A DNA stretch of 63,529 bases, filler included, from Chrysochromulina tobinii (Eukaryota): the NCBI GenBank assembly GCA_001275005.1. It is 9 parts of 9 records of this genome, joined end to end, with 100 filler letters (N's around TTAATTAATTAA, not from the genome) between each part and the next. Parts side by side here need not be neighbours in the genome. Positions count along the whole stretch, not along the records: positions 14,975 to 36,206 come from JWZX01000330.1; 8 more parts are not named here. One strand, given 5' to 3'. The position numbers were made by a program, and so were the translations under genes. The notes under the pieces were generated by a model that was not told the origin of the DNA, made no database searches, and saw only the letters and a program-made list of their open reading frames with translations. Below are positions 18,629-28,414 of this stretch, in pieces. Position 1 is the stretch's first letter, and each line of letters opens with the position of its first letter.

Positions 18629-21600
18629 ATGCTTCCCGACGTTGTCGTCGTGGCGGACGCGGGTGCGTGCGAGTGGCGGTTTGGGTACGTCGAAGATGGT
18701 GGGCCGAGCGTGATTCTACCTGCACATGTGACTGCCGATGGGCGCATGGACGAGGCGAAGCTACCGGACGCGCTCCAAGCGCTCGAGAGCTTCGAGGAGC
18801 TGGAAGAGTGTGCGCTCGTGCTCGCCGAGCCTCCTGACGAGTCCGAGGCGCATCGTGAGCGCGCTGCAGCCGCCGCGTTTACCGTGCAGGCCGTGCAGGC
18901 CGTGTGCTGCTACCCTGGACCTCTGCTTGCCGTGTACAACGCCCAGTTCGACACGGGCGTGTTAGTGGACGTGGGGTTCCCCGCGACGTTCATCTACATC
19001 ATGTACGATGGCAAGAGCGTGCTCGACGGCGCAGTGCTCCATGGGCTCGGCGGTAAGCACTGCGGCCGCACGGCCGACGCGAGCTGCGACGGACTCTTTG
19101 ATCCCTCACTGTTGGACGACGAGCACGCAGCGGCCAAGGAGCTGTGCGGGCTGCCCGAGGCGATCGTGCGCACCGTGATGCTCGCGGACGTGAGTCTCCG
19201 GCAGCAGCTGCTCGGGCATGTCGTCCTCGTCGGCGGTACGAGCAAGCTCGCAAAGTGTCCAGAGCGCCTTGAGGAAGGTCTCAAAACCACTCTCGTGGAC
19301 AAGGGTGCCACGGCACTGATGCCTCGCGTGTTTGCCAACCCGGACCGGCGCCTGGCGCAGTGGCTGGGCGGCGCGCTGCTCAGCCAGATGACCTCAGCCC
19401 ACGGCCTCTTTGTGAGCCGCGAAGCCTTCAAAGCCGATCCACGAGCGGTCCACGCACCTCCACGAACGGTCGTCTGTCGCTCGTTACAGGCGATGGAAGA
19501 GCACACAGCGCAGACCAGAGCCACCGAGGCGGCGGCGCACGCAGCGGAGGCGAAGGCGACGCGCGAGCACGTGCACAAGCAGCTCGAGGCAGCGCGCAAG
19601 TTCTGGCTCGAACAATCTCCCGTTGGGAGCTCTGAGGAGCGCAGGCGCATGCGTCACACCCAAATTTGGCAGGTGAGACCCATCTATGAGCGCTCGCTGA
19701 CGCAGCAGGTGCTCGCGGCGGGCTGTTCACAGACCAAGATCGCCAAGAAGAGGCGGCGCCCGAAGAGCGGCGCGCTGGTCGAGGGCGATCCGGACGAGCG
19801 CGACGCTGACGACGACGACGGCGCTGGCGCAGCCGGCACGGGCCTCAAGGCAGCGCACGGCACGACGCCCAAGGAGCTCATGCAAGCAGCGGCCGCCGCT
19901 TCGGCAGCCAGTGGGGGCGCGGCGGCGGCGGCGGCTCTCGCAATTGCGGCTCGCGCGCTGCGTCTGCTCTGCGAGAGTGATGATGACGAGCTCATCAAGC
20001 GGCAGCTCCATCAGCGGCTAGCCGCCACATGGGCAGTGTGCGATCTGAACACCCCGAGCGTGCCAGCCGAAACGGTGCTGCGCCATCACCTGCGCCGCCA
20101 GACACGCTCGGGGTGGCTGCACTGGTGCGCCTTTGGCGCGGCGCGCGAGGCCGAGCGGCAGGCGGCGCGCGCGCGCCAACCAGCCGTGCTCACAGCCTGG
20201 GTTCGTATCGGCTCCAAGTGGGGCTCTCGTCGATGGCTCGGCCATCGAGCCCGCACCATCCTCCAACAGAGGAGGATGGACAAGGCCTCTGACTGGCACA
20301 GCACAGGGCAGCTCGGCGACGCCTGCGCAGTGTGGTACCGGTACGCCGACGCGCGACGCGCCGCGGTGGGCACCATGCACAAGGTGTGCGCCCGCTTCGG
20401 CTGCCGGCGAGCCCTCGGCGCCTTCTTCCGCCAGGCGCGTCGTCGCAAGCTCGCCCGGCTCTTCAAAGCCAGGTCGGAGTGGGCGGCGCTCAAGACGACG
20501 CTCGAGCGGGCGCTCCGCCAGTGGTCCTATATGGCGTCCATGATCCATCAAGCCGCACACGTGCGCGCGAAGCAGAAGAAGAGCGAGCGCGAGGATGGCT
20601 TGTTGCGCTGGGCTCGTGCCACCCAGGCGAAGGCGAAGGCGGAGGCCGACCTCGCCGAGGCGGCCGGCTTCGCCCGTACGGGCATAGCGATCCAGTTCTG
20701 GGTCGCCGCAACTCGCGCGGCGGTGGATGGGCGCAAGCGTCGGCGGCTCGAGGCCATCACGAGTCGCTCACGGATGCTCAAGATCCGAAGGCGTTTCGAG
20801 TTTCGTCATTTCGTCCGAGCGCACCTCGCGCGCAAGGCGCTCAAGACGCACCTGGCGGAGGTGCGCCGCCAGTTGGTGCCTAGGCAACTCAGCATGCATG
20901 TGCTCACCATGGCGCCCTGTTCCCTTCCCCACAGGTGCGCCGCCAAATGGCGATGCTCAAGCTGCGCTTCGATTCGATCAAGGCCGAGGTGCATCCGCCG
21001 TCCGCTGCCATCACGTTGATAGCCACCTGATGACCTGCCTTGCATGCGGGTGCTCACCACGGCGCCTCGCCCCCACAGGTGCACCGCCACATGTTCTTCA
21101 CCGCGGTGCAGCGCTGGGTTGCATATCAGTGGCGAATGAAACGGCGCGATGTCGAGGCTCGATGGCTTCAGCCGCGAGGCGATGGCGCCGCGTGCCGGCG
21201 CGGCATGCGCCGGTTTCGTCAATGGTGCGTGAAGGAGGCGAACTTTCACGAGGCCATGAGCACCCTCAAGCTGCGCGTCATCCCGCGCCGATCGTGGCGG
21301 CTCAAGGTCGACACCTTGTGGCACTGGTACACGCTGGCGAGCTGGCGACGTCGCTCGAAGCTGCTCCCGCGCCGCCGCCATCGCGTGCTCAAGGTGGCGC
21401 TCTCATACTGGTGTGCCGAGGCGCGCTGGCGCATCCAGCGGCACAAATGGCTCCGGCGGCAGGTGCGCTACATGGCCACCTGATGACCTGATTGCCACTG
21501 ATGACCTGCCTTGCATGCGGGTGCTCACCACGGCGCCTCGTCCCCACAGGTACGCTACATGGACGAGTTGCAGCACGTGCTCGACAACTTGGGCGATGGC

Positions 21601-21801
21601 CAAAAATGGGCGAAGCGGCTCCTCAGCCTTGGGCTCGAGCCGCAGGACGTGGCGCACCTGGGCCCTTTCCATCCCCGTTGCCAGAAGACGCTCGAGAAGG
21701 CGCTCCAGCGGAGCTCGCCTCCTGCCAAGTCACCGGTCTCACGCATGCGTGTCCTCTCGCCTGGGTTCGACAGCTATCTTGAGGATGCGCTCTCAAGGTG
21801 A
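18629..21801 (+). CDS. Divergent actin-related protein with a long helical Trp-repeat (Sfi1-like) C-terminal extension; exons 18629-20860, 20935-20988, 21079-21462, 21550-21801
   Basis: Actin-fold motifs VVADAG..WRFGY, LVLAEPP, DTGVLVDVG, LLGHVVLVGGTS, ERL, QWLGGALL. Three GT-AG introns keep the frame. Confidence 0.75.
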
Positions 21802-22201
21802 GGCGCGCTCTCGGCTCTCGCAGCTACTGCGACTCGTTCTTTCTCGCCCTCTCTCGCTCTCGCTTTCGTTCTCTTGCTCTTTTTCGCTCTTTTTCGCTTT
21901 TCTCGCTCTCTCTCGCTCTCTCTCGCTCTCTCGATACAATAACTAAGGTGACGTGCCCCCGGGCCTCTACATGAGGAGCACATCCCGCGCATTCCGGCAT
22001 CCAGCGAGACCTGGAACTAGATGTGTGGCATACCCTGAGGGCACCAATGAGATTGGGCCACGATGTTTGGCTGTGGGGTCCTGTGTGTTGCAGGGTGGAG
22101 AGTTACTGTGTTGCATAGTGTGTGGAGTGCGTCGTGGACGGACCCTTCTGTGAACGTTGTGGAGTCATGAAGTGGCTTAGATTGGTGTGAATTCATCATG
22201 A

Positions 22202-24808
22202 ATGAACGAAGCTCTTCACATGGGCCCCTTCTCCGTCGGCTCGATCGACGGCGCGGAGTTCGCGAGAGCAGCAACGCAACGCAAGAAAGAAGCTGCCGAG
22301 GAGCTGCGCGCTTCCGAGCTCGAGTATTCACTGGTCCGATGGCAGTGTCGGCTGCGCGACATGGAGGAGCGCCTCCGCACCTGGGAGGCTACAGCCAAGT
22401 TCGACATTGCGCTCAACCACGATGACGAGGCGCTGCAAGCCGCCATTGGCGTGCTCGGCGTGGCTGCCGCCACCGCTGCCCACACCCGAATCAGCAGCAC
22501 ACCGCCGTCGCGACACGGCAACGGTCTTGACAGCACGGCGGCGACGCCATTGCAGCCTCCATCCCGACCAGCGGCAGCGCTGCAGCTGCCGCTAGCCCCA
22601 CCGCCGCCACCGCCCGTACAACCGGTGCCTACGATGGTGAGCGCGATGCCCATCGCGAGTGCTCCGCCACATCGTCCACCGCTGCAGGAGCCGTGCGGCC
22701 ACCCGATGGCCAGCAAGACCGGCGACAGCGCGTCAACGGTGCATGCCATGGCGCAGCCTGGTTTTGTATGGGAGCTACCCGTAGGTGGGAGTGTCGCAGC
22801 GCACCCGCCGCCGACCATGGCGGAGGTTAGTCAGCCGTCGCCATTGGTGCGCAAGGAGCGAGGGGCGCGCCCGATGGCTGCGCTACCCACCCCTCAGACC
22901 GCTCAAGTCGGCGCTTCGCGTCCAAGCACGCCGTGGCCGTCCGATGCCGCCGCCGTCTCGCAGGTACCATGCATGGAAGTACCAACGCCGGTGCCTGCTC
23001 TGACCGCCGGCGACGGGACGGCGCCTCCGTGGCCGCCGCTGTGTACACATTCACACCCTCCGCTGTGTACACCGCTTCGGAGCTCGCCCGCGACAGCGCG
23101 CGGCGCCGCCGTGACCGCCGCTGCCGTCGCCGCCTCCGCCGCCAGCGCCGCCGCCGCGAACGCCGCCGTGGCCGCGGGGGACTACATGGCACGGCGGGTT
23201 ATGGAGCTCGAGGAGGAGAATAGCAAGCTCCGGCAGGTGATCCACTCTCGTCCGGGTTCGATCGCTGGCCTAATGAGCGGCCCAATCAGCCCGTCCACCT
23301 ATCCAACACCACGGCTAGATCCACCGGCGCAGCGACCGCCACCACAGCCTGCACCGCTGCCTGCACCGCCGCCTGCACCGCCGCCTGCACCGCCGCCTGC
23401 ACCGCCGCCGCCTGCACCGCCGCCTGCTGCACCGCCGCCTGTACCGCCGCCGCCGCCTGCTGCACCGCCGCCGCCGCCTGCTGCACCGCCGCCTGCTGCA
23501 CCGCCGGAGCGGCCGGCAGCGCGCATGCCTCCTCGTGTGTTCCAAGCCTTCGACAAGTTCGATGTCGGGCAGCGTGGCTTCATCGACCGGCGGGAGCTCG
23601 GCGCGGCGCTTCATCAATGCGGCATCGACCTGTCGGCTTCTGGGTTGCTCGGGGTGCTGGCGCGGTACGTCATGCCGGACGAAGGCACTTCGAGCGCCCA
23701 GAGAAGCCGCGACGAAACCCGGATGGGCCGTGACGAAACCCTGATGGGCCGTGACGAAACCCTGATGAGCCGTGACGAAACTCTGATGGGCCGTGACGAA
23801 ACCCTGTTGAGCCGTGACGAGTTCGATCAGCTCGTGAGCGAGCTGGAGGCGGCGATGCTGCGCAGCGCGCCGGTGCCCACGTCGAGATACGATCTCGAGG
23901 CGCAGAGATATGATCTCGAGGCGCAGAGATACGATCTCGAGGCGGAAAGACGTGAGCTCGAGGCGCAGAGATACGATCTCGAGGCGGAGATGCTGCGCAG
24001 TGTAAAGATGCCGCCGTCGCCGACTGAGATGCTGGTGCGCAGTGCCCCGCTGGCGCCGCTTGAACCGCTGCCGGCGCCGCCTCTCCCGCCAAGGCACCAC
24101 CCTCGCTTGTCGCCGCCGCCGCTCGATTCGACATCGTCCACGTATCCGCCGTTACAGGAGCCGTTACAGGAGCCGTTACAGGAGCCGTTACAGGAGCCGT
24201 CACAGGAGCCGTTACAGGAGCCGTTACAATCGTCCACGTCGCCGCCGTGGCGTCCGTCTCTCGCACGGCCGTCACAGGAGCCGTTCGGCGAACCGCTAAA
24301 GGAGCATTTAAATGAGCCGTTAGGCCAGCCTTGGGACGGTGCTCTCACGACGCCGTTGAGCAACGTCTGCCCGGGCATGCTGAGCATGGAGCAGCTGACG
24401 GCCGCGCAAGAGGCAGCTGCCGAGCGCGCGCTGCGAGGCTACGACGCTGCCGGCCGCCCAGGCGGCCGTTACAGTGCACAGCAGCCACCGCCCGGCATGG
24501 AGTTTGGCGGCTACCTCAAGGGCTGCGTTGGCGTGGTGTGGATGCCGGCGGGCGCCAACGCGAGGCCCTCCGACGTGCACTCATCGTCGTGTGCCGCTGC
24601 TGCTGCCGCGTTCACAGATGCTGCCGCTTTCGCAGATGCTGCCGCTTCTACTGAGGCATCGGCGCCGTCTCTGGCGCTACCGCTGACGCTGCCGCCGCCC
24701 GCCCGCCCGCCGGGCGGCCAGTGCCCACGACGGCGCTCGGGCAGCCGGCCAGTGCCCCACCCCCGGGTGCCCGCGACGGCGCTTGTGCCCCGCCCCCACC
24801 GGCGATGA
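22202..24808 (+). CDS. Pro-rich protein with coiled coils, an EF-hand and short tandem peptide repeats
   Basis: AFDKFDVGQRGFIDRRELGAAL EF-hand. RDETLMG, RYDLEAQ and QEPL repeats. Probably continues into 24721..26250 through an unresolved intron or frameshift. Confidence 0.6.
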   Translation: MNEALHMGPFSVGSIDGAEFARAATQRKKEAAEELRASELEYSLVRWQCRLRDMEERLRTWEATAKFDIALNHDDEALQAAIGVLGVAAATAAHTRISSTPPSRHGNGLDSTAATPLQPPSRPAAALQLPLAPPPPPPVQPVPTMVSAMPIASAPPHRPPLQEPCGHPMASKTGDSASTVHAMAQPGFVWELPVGGSVAAHPPPTMAEVSQPSPLVRKERGARPMAALPTPQTAQVGASRPSTPWPSDAAAVSQVPCMEVPTPVPALTAGDGTAPPWPPLCTHSHPPLCTPLRSSPATARGAAVTAAAVAASAASAAAANAAVAAGDYMARRVMELEEENSKLRQVIHSRPGSIAGLMSGPISPSTYPTPRLDPPAQRPPPQPAPLPAPPPAPPPAPPPAPPPPAPPPAAPPPVPPPPPAAPPPPPAAPPPAAPPERPAARMPPRVFQAFDKFDVGQRGFIDRRELGAALHQCGIDLSASGLLGVLARYVMPDEGTSSAQRSRDETRMGRDETLMGRDETLMSRDETLMGRDETLLSRDEFDQLVSELEAAMLRSAPVPTSRYDLEAQRYDLEAQRYDLEAERRELEAQRYDLEAEMLRSVKMPPSPTEMLVRSAPLAPLEPLPAPPLPPRHHPRLSPPPLDSTSSTYPPLQEPLQEPLQEPLQEPSQEPLQEPLQSSTSPPWRPSLARPSQEPFGEPLKEHLNEPLGQPWDGALTTPLSNVCPGMLSMEQLTAAQEAAAERALRGYDAAGRPGGRYSAQQPPPGMEFGGYLKGCVGVVWMPAGANARPSDVHSSSCAAAAAAFTDAAAFADAAASTEASAPSLALPLTLPPPARPPGGQCPRRRSGSRPVPHPRVPATALVPRPHRR

Positions 24809-26250
24809 GCGTGGTCGCATTCACCCTCAAGCTCGCCGGCGATATCTCCTCGTTCACCCCGAGCGTGCAAGCCGAGATCACTTCTGCAATCGCCGCCGAG
24901 GCGGGCGTCCAGCCGTCGGCGGTGGAGGTGGCTGTGACTTCGGGCAGCGTCATCGTCGACGTGAGCATCCAGACGCCGACGGCGACGGCGACCTCGGTGC
25001 AGTCGAAGATGGCCAGCGCGACGAACAGCCCGAGCAGCGCGACCGCCATGCTCGCGAGCGTCACCGGCGTCCAATGCGCCGTGATCGCGATCTCGAAACC
25101 TGCAACCCTCTCAGCCATGACGACGGCGCCCACGACGGCGCCCATCCCGACAACCACGCCGATGCTCAGCACGGCGCTAAGAACGGCGGAGCTGACGGAG
25201 GAGCAGCTGGCCGAGATCACGCGCCAGATTGCGAGCGCGACCTCGCTCGGGGAGGTGCAGAGGCTCGAGGCAGCGCTCAAAGCGGGCGAGTATGGCAAAT
25301 ATGGGAGGCAGCTCGCGGCGAATATCATGGCCAACTCGGCACTTGCACCGCCGCCGTTCAGCTCGACCTCTAGCGCTGAGCCCGACTCCAGTTTCGCCCA
25401 ACACGGCGCTGAGCCCTGGCAGGCTGGTGTGGCCCGGCTCGCACGGGGATGGGATGTTGCCAGCCCTGCACGAGGGGGGGCTGCTGCCAGCCCTGCACGA
25501 GGGGGGGCTGCTGCCAGCCCTGCACGAGGGGGGGCTGCTGCCAGTACTGCACGAGGGGGGGCTGCCGCCAGCAGCCCGGGGCTCGAGTGGCCCTCTATGG
25601 ATGAGGCGGCGCTGTGGCAGCAATCAGAGGCACTCAGGCAGGCCATGAGAAAGCATCAGCAAGCTATCAGGGACACTCAGTGGGAGAGCCCCGGCGGTCC
25701 CATGGACGAAACTGGTCGGTTTCGTCAGTGGGAGAGCCCCGGAAGTCCCATGGACGAAACTGGAAAGTTCTCCCTCAGCCTGAGCGTCACCTCTTTTGGC
25801 GCCTTCGACGGCCTCGGTAACGGTAACGTGCCACGCGCTTACGACGGCGCTTACGACGGCGGCGGCAGCGCTGCGGATGGTGCGGGCACGGATGGCGGCA
25901 GCGTCGCCGCCTCGCCCTCGCCCTCACCCGCGCGCCCACGCCGGCCGCGCCGGCCGCAGACGACGGCGATGGTCACAGCGGCAGAGTTTCGTGAAATCAC
26001 GGCAGCACGCGCGGCGAGGCGCCGCCTCCAACTAGAGGTCGTCGCGCGCGCGCAGTGGCCGAGCGAGCCACGGCGACTCTCGGTGCTCCTAGGTGACGAG
26101 GAGCTCCACGAGCTCCATCGCGCACGCGCGGTGGCGCGCTCTGAGTCAGGACTGGGAATGGCTTCACGCCGGCTCGACAGGCTGGGCGCCGGCCCTTTCT
26201 CGCCCGGTTTCTGGGCCGACCGACCGCCCCCAAAGCCCTTCCTCAAATAA
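24721..26250 (+). CDS. Mosaic ORF, likely the 3' part of the preceding gene, with an SEA-like SGSVIV domain and a U2A'-C-terminus-like helix motif
   Basis: VAFTLKLAGDISSF...VAVTSGSVIVDV domain; LTEEQLAEITRQIASATSLGEVQRLEAALKAG; SPARGGAAA x4. Confidence 0.55.
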   Translation: MPTTALGQPASAPPPGARDGACAPPPPAMSVVAFTLKLAGDISSFTPSVQAEITSAIAAEAGVQPSAVEVAVTSGSVIVDVSIQTPTATATSVQSKMASATNSPSSATAMLASVTGVQCAVIAISKPATLSAMTTAPTTAPIPTTTPMLSTALRTAELTEEQLAEITRQIASATSLGEVQRLEAALKAGEYGKYGRQLAANIMANSALAPPPFSSTSSAEPDSSFAQHGAEPWQAGVARLARGWDVASPARGGAAASPARGGAAASPARGGAAASTARGGAAASSPGLEWPSMDEAALWQQSEALRQAMRKHQQAIRDTQWESPGGPMDETGRFRQWESPGSPMDETGKFSLSLSVTSFGAFDGLGNGNVPRAYDGAYDGGGSAADGAGTDGGSVAASPSPSPARPRRPRRPQTTAMVTAAEFREITAARAARRRLQLEVVARAQWPSEPRRLSVLLGDEELHELHRARAVARSESGLGMASRRLDRLGAGPFSPGFWADRPPPKPFLK

Positions 26251-26332
26251 CGAGACCTGGAACTCTCCCCTTTTTACAAATGGTCGTGAACGCTCATTAC
26301 AGCACGTGGCTAAGTGTGAAAGTGAGGGTGAA

Positions 26333-27556
26333 ATGGCCCTCGCGACTCCATTCAGATTGCCGGGCTGGGCCACGGCCCCGAGCGCACCGCCCACATTGAT
26401 AGTAAGCAAGGACGGCGCGGAGGTGTCGCGCACCCTGCTCAACAATAAAGCGCTGCTCTTCGGCCGCAAGGTGCCCAACGAGCCAGAGCGAGGCACGCTG
26501 CGGCTCGACCACGATTCCATCTCGAGAGAGCATGCTGTCATCGTCCACGCCTTCTCTGGAGAGACGTTCGTGTGTGAGCTCGGGAGTCGCTATGGAACCA
26601 AGCACAACGGCGAGCCGCTCAAGGCCAAAGTCTACACGGCTATCAAAGAGGGCGATGAGTTGCAGTTTGGCGAATCCACCCGTCGTTACATCTTCTATCG
26701 CCAACCGCCGCCGCCACCGCGCACCGGGAAGGAGGTGCGAGCTCCACTGTCCGAACCCGCTGCCGCCGCATCTTCATCTGCACGTGCGCCAGCACTAGCT
26801 GCAGGCGCTGATCCGCCCAGGCCGCCCCTCAAGCCTCCGCCCAAGCCGCCACCACCTATGGAAGAGGACGAGGACCCTATGGCCAACTATATTGACGAGG
26901 ACGAGGAGGACGAGGACGAGGACGAGGAGAAAGAGGAGGCTGATGCGGCGGAGGACACGAGCGAGGCGGCTCAGGAAAGGCGCGCCGCCGAGAAGGCTGC
27001 CAAAGCGACGGCGAAGACAGAGCGCCGCGCTCGGAAGGCCGCCGAGAAGGAGCGGCGTAAGGAGCTCAAGGCTGAGATGAAGGCCGAGGAGAAGGAGCGC
27101 CAACGACTGCTCAAGCAGCAGGCGCCCGCAGCCGAGGGTGCCGACAGCATAGAGGGCGGCGGTGGCGGCGGTGGTGAGGGCGGCGGTGGTGAGGGCGGCG
27201 AGGAGGGTCGTGCCGTGGAGGGTCGTGCCCTCGAGACCGTCAAGAAGGCGAAAGAGGAGCACAGGGGGCACGAGCACAAAGCGCACAGGGAGCACAGGGA
27301 GCACAAGGAGGATAGGCACAAGGAGGATAAGCACAAGGAGAAAAAGGAGAAGAAGCAGAAGAAGGAGAAGAAGGAAAAGAAGGAAAAGAAAGCCAAGCAT
27401 GGCCATCACGACGAGGACAAGAGGAAGCGAACGCGGACCGAGGATGAGTGCCACGGCGAGCGCGAAGGATCCGGATCAAAGCGGATGCGTGTCCCAGGCG
27501 ATGAGCCACCCACGCCGGATGATGCTGGTGGCTCGTCCTCAGACTCCCAGTCATGA
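26333..27556 (+). CDS. FHA-domain protein (NIPP1/kanadaptin-like) with acidic and Lys-rich tail
   Basis: FRLPGWA...FGR...LDHDSISREHAVI...LGSRYGT..NG...FGESTRRY. Confidence 0.8.
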   Translation: MALATPFRLPGWATAPSAPPTLIVSKDGAEVSRTLLNNKALLFGRKVPNEPERGTLRLDHDSISREHAVIVHAFSGETFVCELGSRYGTKHNGEPLKAKVYTAIKEGDELQFGESTRRYIFYRQPPPPPRTGKEVRAPLSEPAAAASSSARAPALAAGADPPRPPLKPPPKPPPPMEEDEDPMANYIDEDEEDEDEDEEKEEADAAEDTSEAAQERRAAEKAAKATAKTERRARKAAEKERRKELKAEMKAEEKERQRLLKQQAPAAEGADSIEGGGGGGGEGGGGEGGEEGRAVEGRALETVKKAKEEHRGHEHKAHREHREHKEDRHKEDKHKEKKEKKQKKEKKEKKEKKAKHGHHDEDKRKRTRTEDECHGEREGSGSKRMRVPGDEPPTPDDAGGSSSDSQS

Positions 27557-27635
27557 ACGTAGTCGAGTGATCAAATTTCGCATCGCATGCTCGCTTTTCG
27601 ATTTCACAGGTACGCCGTACAGGGACGCGAAAATC

Positions 27636-28274
27636 ATGGTCACGGTGCCTCGACGGCTCGGCCTCGCCTTTGCCTCCGCTCGACCGACCCTCGCCGACGT
27701 CGAGCGGCTTGCGCGCGGCGAGGCGGCCACACGTCGTGGCATTGGCAGCCGCCAGGTTCCGCACCGGCTCAATGACGACGAGCGCACGGCGTATGCGCTG
27801 GCTGTCAAGCGTGGCTTCGCCGTTGTGACCGGCCGAGGTATGCGACGCGAGCGAAAGGGCTCGCCGCTGCTCAATACGCTGCGGCAGCGCGCAGATGCGC
27901 TAGGATTACCCATGGTTTGGGTTGAGCGCCACGACGCGCGCGCCGGCGTTGACGACGACGCGGCATGCGTCGACCTCTCGCCCGTGCGATGTGCACACGT
28001 GGACGAGCTGCACGAGTGGAGCGAGCGCTGCCTGGTCGCAGCTCGAGCTGCGGGAGGCGTGCCCGCTCTGGATCAAGTTTCGAGCCGGGTCGTGGCGAAC
28101 ACCGAAGTCGAGCTGGCGGCGTGGCCCATTTGGGCATTGCAGCCGTGTGTCTTGAGGTTCATGGCGGGTGGTCCCGCAAAAGACCAGGAGCACGCCGCGG
28201 GCAATCCAAAGGCGTGCAAGCAGCTCGCCGCAGCACTGGTCGATGCGTTGGGAACCCAATTGGATACAATGTAG
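27636..28274 (+). CDS. Hypothetical protein resembling a conserved algal family of unknown function
   Basis: Motif PTLADVERLARGEAATRRGIGSRQVPHRLN..ER...RRERKGSPL. Family similarity recalled, not searched. Confidence 0.65.
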   Translation: MVTVPRRLGLAFASARPTLADVERLARGEAATRRGIGSRQVPHRLNDDERTAYALAVKRGFAVVTGRGMRRERKGSPLLNTLRQRADALGLPMVWVERHDARAGVDDDAACVDLSPVRCAHVDELHEWSERCLVAARAAGGVPALDQVSSRVVANTEVELAAWPIWALQPCVLRFMAGGPAKDQEHAAGNPKACKQLAAALVDALGTQLDTM

Positions 28275-28414
28275 AGGGGCTTGAGAAGCCCTGTCACCTG
28301 GTTCCAAAATAGGAAAAAGTTGTCTGCACACAGTCATGGCGCGCATCGAATACAGCTTAGTATCGAACGGGACAAGGACTTCATAGAATCCCTAGAGTGA
28401 GCCCCACCTGCGTC

